From NCBI GenBank assembly GCA_965203465.1, contig CBDBCR010000003.1, positions 480,001-544,000 of the forward strand: 64,000 nucleotides of DNA, read 5' to 3'. Of the stretch, positions 60,176 through 64,000 are shown one piece after another. Position numbers and translations under genes: made by a program. Origin of the DNA: Nitrosopumilaceae archaeon (GTDB lineage: Archaea; Thermoproteota; Nitrososphaeria; Nitrososphaerales; Nitrosopumilaceae). Position 1 is the first letter of the stretch. Every line of letters begins with the position of its first letter. The notes below the pieces were generated by a model. The model made no database searches. It was not told where the DNA came from and saw only the letters and a program-made list of their open reading frames with translations.

Positions 60176-61287
60176 CGCTGCCGCACCACGCGGTAAAAGT
60201 TGTCGCGCTCGTCGGGCGCGTACCCCATCTGCCTTATGGCGCCGACTATGCGCCCGTCGTCGAGCTCCGTCGAGCGCGCGCCCGTGCACGATACGACCTC
60301 CTCGCCGATGAGCGTGCCGCCAAAGTCGTCGGCCCCGTGGGCCAGGGCCAGCTGCGCCATGCCCACGCCGTTGGTCAGCCACGAGGACTGCACGTGGTTT
60401 ATCAGGCCGTCGAACATCATGCGCGAGACGGCTATCATCCGCAGCAGCCCGGCCCCGCCGCCGGCGCCGGGCGCCTCGCCGTCCCTCTGCATGGGCGTGT
60501 TGTTGGGCTCGAAGTTCCACGGTATGAACGCCATGAACCCGCGCGTCTCCTCCTGGAGCCGGCGCACGGCCGCAAAGTGCGCGGCCAGCTCGGCGCCCGT
60601 CTCGACGTGCCCGTACATCATGGTGGCCGACGTGGGCAGGCCCTCCAGGTGCGCCTCGCGCATTATGCGCAGCCACTCCGAGCTGGGTATCTTTTTGGGG
60701 CTGATTATGCGCTTGACCCTGTCGGAGAGCACCTCGGCGCCGGCGCCGGGCACCGACTGCAGGCCGGCCTTTTTGAGGCGCGAGACGACCTCGCGCGTCG
60801 AGCAGCGCTCCACGCGAGCTATCATGTCTATCTCCGAGGCCGACAGGCCGTGCACGCCCACCTTGGGGAACTCCGATCGGATCATGGAAAAGGCCTCCTC
60901 GTAGTACTCTATGCCCAGGTCGGGGTTGTGCCCGCCCTGTATGAGCGCCTGCCTTATGCCGAACGACTCCCAGGCCGCGCGCACCCTGGAGCGTATCTGC
61001 TCGATCGACAGGGCGTACGAGTCGGGCGCGCCGGGCGGCCGGTAAAAGGCGCAGAAGCGGCAGTCCGTCACGCACACGTTCGTGTAGTTCAGTATGATGT
61101 TGTTCACGAAGGAGGCGCGCCTGCCGAACCGCCTGCGCGCAAGCTCGCCGCCGACGGCCCCTATCTGGTGGCCCGAGCCGGATTCGAGCAGGCGCAGGCA
61201 GTCCCGCTCCGACGGGCGCGAGCCGGAAAGCGAGGCCTCCAGAACGTCGGACACCGGGCTCGAGGAGAGCTCTGCGAGCCGGGACAC
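60172..61287 (-). CDS. mqnC: Radical SAM dehypoxanthine futalosine cyclase-like (MqnC/CofH family)
   Basis: TNVCVTDCRFCAF, QGGHNP, PGAGAE, ATMMYGHVE, FIPW, GADDFGGT. Confidence 0.85.
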   Translation of the reverse strand: MSRLAELSSSPVSDVLEASLSGSRPSERDCLRLLESGSGHQIGAVGGELARRRFGRRASFVNNIILNYTNVCVTDCRFCAFYRPPGAPDSYALSIEQIRSRVRAAWESFGIRQALIQGGHNPDLGIEYYEEAFSMIRSEFPKVGVHGLSASEIDMIARVERCSTREVVSRLKKAGLQSVPGAGAEVLSDRVKRIISPKKIPSSEWLRIMREAHLEGLPTSATMMYGHVETGAELAAHFAAVRRLQEETRGFMAFIPWNFEPNNTPMQRDGEAPGAGGGAGLLRMIAVSRMMFDGLINHVQSSWLTNGVGMAQLALAHGADDFGGTLIGEEVVSCTGARSTELDDGRIVGAIRQMGYAPDERDNFYRVVRQR

Positions 61288-61338
61288 GCGCTCGATCCCG
61301 CAGTTTGGTATTTAATCCTTGGCGGGGCCGCCGCCCGC

Positions 61339-62718
61339 GTGAACCCGGCGTGGGCCGCAGCGTGCGCGGTTGCCCTCTTTGCTCACCCCCTCGCCCTTGC
61401 GCAGTCCCCCGACCAGCTTCTCCTCGAGGGCAGGTACGCAGAGGCGGTGCGCGGCTACGAACTGGTCCTCCAAGAGTCGCCGCGCGACGCGCGCGCGCTT
61501 TTGATGAAGGGCGTGGCAGAGCAGAACTCGGGCATGCACGCAGAGGCGATGAGCTCGTTCTTTGCGGTGCTGCAGGAAAGGCCCGGGCAGTGGCGCGCGC
61601 TGGCGGGCCTGGTGGTAGGCATGGGGAACCTGGGCGAGTACGGCCAGGCGCTAGAGTACGCGCAGAGGGCGCGCGCGGCGAGCCCGCAGAGCGCGGTGGC
61701 CGCAAACTACGCCGAGCGCATGGAGGCCACCGTCGCAAAGTACCCGCACGAGCCGGTCGCAAAGCCGGACTGGGTGCGCATGTCCGAGCCGCATTCGCCC
61801 GGGCAGACGTGGCTCGCAGAAGCCGCGGGCAGGTGGGGCGAGGGCAGGATGGCAAACTACGAGTTCGTCCCGTACGTAGAGTACATGGAAAGGGCCGGCC
61901 TGCTGTCCATAGAGCGCGACGCCGGGGGCACCGACTTTCCCGGCTGGGCCCGCGCCAACGGCTCGCTTTTGGCCTCGGGCCTGATAACCCTGGGCGAGTT
62001 CGCCGCCGGCCTGGAGTACATGGCCAACGCCGGCATCGCGTCGGTCGACATGCCGCGCGGGCCGGCCGAAAGGGACGCGTACCGCGACCGGCAGGCCTCG
62101 GAGTTCGCGAGGTACGCAAGGGCCGTCGAGGCGGCGGCCGCCTCCGAAAAGAGGTACGTCGAGTTTCCCAACCCCAGCCCCGACGTCATAAAGAAGTTCC
62201 TGCGCGACTACGCGCGGTGGAATTTCGAGCAGGAGATAGCCGGCGCATCGACGCAGTTTCCCGACCCCGTCGTCGAGCGCGGGCCCGGCTCCACGGTGGT
62301 AAAGTACAGGGTGTACGTAAACGACCAGCCCCACGGCCTCCCGCTCGACCACGTGCCCACCCTGGTGGAGGCCGCCTCGTACTGGGAGCAGCGGCGCCTC
62401 TCCGAGGGGGGCAGGGACGCCAGCGTCGAGTTCGAGCTGGTCCCCTCGAGGCAGGGCGCCAGCGTCTGGGTGACGTGGGTGGTGCGCGACATAGGCGAGG
62501 GCGTCCTGGGCCACGCGCACCTGGGCAAGGGCGTAGTCGAGGTGGCCCTGGGCGACTATGCGTGCGACGGCAGTTTCCAGCTGTACGACGTGGAATCGGT
62601 GGGCCACGTCATGAGGCACGAGCTGGGCCACTCGATAGGGCTGCGCCACTCGCCCGATCCGGCCGACGTGATGTACCCGACGGCCTCGCCGTCCTACGCG
62701 TACTGCCTGCTGGACTAG
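61339..62718 (+). CDS. Secreted TPR plus matrixin-like (M10) metallopeptidase
   Basis: Signal peptide, TPR repeats, HELGHSIGLRH, Met-turn VMYP. Confidence 0.88.
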   Translation: MNPAWAAACAVALFAHPLALAQSPDQLLLEGRYAEAVRGYELVLQESPRDARALLMKGVAEQNSGMHAEAMSSFFAVLQERPGQWRALAGLVVGMGNLGEYGQALEYAQRARAASPQSAVAANYAERMEATVAKYPHEPVAKPDWVRMSEPHSPGQTWLAEAAGRWGEGRMANYEFVPYVEYMERAGLLSIERDAGGTDFPGWARANGSLLASGLITLGEFAAGLEYMANAGIASVDMPRGPAERDAYRDRQASEFARYARAVEAAAASEKRYVEFPNPSPDVIKKFLRDYARWNFEQEIAGASTQFPDPVVERGPGSTVVKYRVYVNDQPHGLPLDHVPTLVEAASYWEQRRLSEGGRDASVEFELVPSRQGASVWVTWVVRDIGEGVLGHAHLGKGVVEVALGDYACDGSFQLYDVESVGHVMRHELGHSIGLRHSPDPADVMYPTASPSYAYCLLD

Positions 62719-62782
62719 CCCACGAATCACCGGCTGAAAAATCGTAAAAAGCGTAATAAGGCAGTGCCCGATCGGTGGCCCG

Positions 62783-63682
62783 TTGAGCACCTTCATGGCA
62801 AAATGCGACGTTTGCGGCAAGAAAAAGCTGGTCACCGACCAGAGCTCCGGCGAGGTGTTCTGCGCCAACTGCGGCCTGGTGGCCTCGGACAAGACCGAGG
62901 ACATGGGGGCAGAGTGGCGCGCCTTTTCCAGCGAGGACAACAGCAGGGCCAGGGCCGGGCCCGGCTCGTCGCTGGCCATGCACGACATGGGCCTCTCGAC
63001 CATAATAGGGCAGACCAACAGGGATTCGACGGGCAAGCCGCTCTCGACCAACGTAAAGAGGTCCATAGACAGGCTGCGCACCTGGGACAGCAGGACGCAG
63101 GCGCACTCGTCGGCGGACCGCAACCTGAGGCAGGCGCTCAACGAGATGGACAAGCTCAAGGACAAGCTGGGCCTGACCGATCCGGTCATAGAAAAGGCCG
63201 CCTACATATACCGCAAGGCCATGGACAAAAAGCTGGTCAGGGGCAGGTCGATACAGGGGCTGGTGGCCGCCTGCCTGTACGCGTCGTGCCGCAACACCGA
63301 GACGCCGCGCACCCTCGACGACATAGCCGACGGCATAAACATCAGGCGCAAGGACGTGGCCCGCTGCTACCGCCTCATATACAGGGAGCTGGAGCTGAAG
63401 ATGCCCGTAGTCGATCCCGTAAAGGGCGTCTCGCGGATAGCCAGCATCGCAAAGCTGAGCGAGCGCTCCAAGCGCAGGGCCGTGACGATACTCAACCGCG
63501 CCAAGGAGATAGGCATGGTGGCCGGCAAGGATCCCATGGGGATAGCGGCGGCGGCCCTGTACCTCGCCTGCATAAGCACCGGCGAGTCAAAGTCGCAGAA
63601 GGACATATCGCTGGCCTCGGGCGTCACCGAGGTCACCATACGCAACAGGTGCGCGGGCCTGCGCAAGATCATGCAGGAATAG
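62783..63682 (+). CDS. tfb: Transcription initiation factor IIB
   Basis: Zn ribbon, EWRAF, HDMGLST, LVRGRS, GKDP, GVTEVTIRNR. Confidence 0.96.
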   Translation: MSTFMAKCDVCGKKKLVTDQSSGEVFCANCGLVASDKTEDMGAEWRAFSSEDNSRARAGPGSSLAMHDMGLSTIIGQTNRDSTGKPLSTNVKRSIDRLRTWDSRTQAHSSADRNLRQALNEMDKLKDKLGLTDPVIEKAAYIYRKAMDKKLVRGRSIQGLVAACLYASCRNTETPRTLDDIADGINIRRKDVARCYRLIYRELELKMPVVDPVKGVSRIASIAKLSERSKRRAVTILNRAKEIGMVAGKDPMGIAAAALYLACISTGESKSQKDISLASGVTEVTIRNRCAGLRKIMQE

Positions 63683-63719
63683 GCACCGTTTTTATGTGGG
63701 CCGCCGCGCCGCCCCCCCG

Positions 63720-64000
63720 TTGAGGCTCTCCAAGATACTGGTGCCCATAGACGGCTCGGCCAACTCCTTCCGCGGGCTGGAGGCGGCCGCCAGCATCGCC
63801 GCCAAGGCGGGCGCGTCGATAATACTCATGCACTCGGTCTACGAGCCCTCGCGCAGCGAGACGGGGGGCGGATCCGGGATGAGCCGGGAGCGCGGCGCCG
63901 AGATACAAAAGATGATGTCGAGGGCCGAGTCGTACCTGGAAAAGGCCCACGTAGAGTACACAAAGAGGATCATCGCGGGCAACGTCGGCCACAACGTCGT
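63720..64000 (+). CDS. Universal stress protein, runs off the window
   Basis: KILVPIDGSANSFRGLE.A; TTG start 23 nt after TTTATG. Confidence 0.88.
   Translation, partial: MRLSKILVPIDGSANSFRGLEAAASIAAKAGASIILMHSVYEPSRSETGGGSGMSRERGAEIQKMMSRAESYLEKAHVEYTKRIIAGNVGHNV

Noticed and set aside
63712-63718. C7 run in the usp promoter spacer
   Set aside because: Short, and GC-rich spacers are the norm here; not comparable to G15
1-64000. Many long alternative-frame ORFs (e.g. 29276-32341, the 5' part of 59143-62718, 59984-62119, 10359-12389)
   Set aside because: Arg/Ala/Gly/Pro-rich shadow ORFs of high-GC genes overlapping well-supported CDSs

Overview
High-GC ammonia-oxidising-archaeon-like (Nitrososphaerota/Thaumarchaeota, possibly host-associated) chromosome segment. 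The assignment is inferred from gene content: csl4, rps3ae, thermosome, tfb, a CFI-box-CTERM protein, futalosine-pathway genes, and TATA boxes about 21-26 nt upstream of apparently leaderless starts. Core blocks (3.4-19.3 kb, 27.2-29.1 kb, 56.6-64 kb) alternate with accessory DNA: a Type II R-M pair, a HicBA-like pair, an IS6-like element with terminal inverted repeats, a frameshifted HD hydrolase, three large surface-protein genes (556, 876 and 3326 aa), and a ~17 kb island (39.3-56.5 kb) of toxin-antitoxin modules, IS remnants and an SIS-HAD/PfkB operon. The top finding is that both surface-protein transcription units carry a pure G15 tract in the spacer between the TATA box and the start codon, a candidate archaeal promoter-spacer phase-variation switch. 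All calls come from reading the sequence; no database searches were run.
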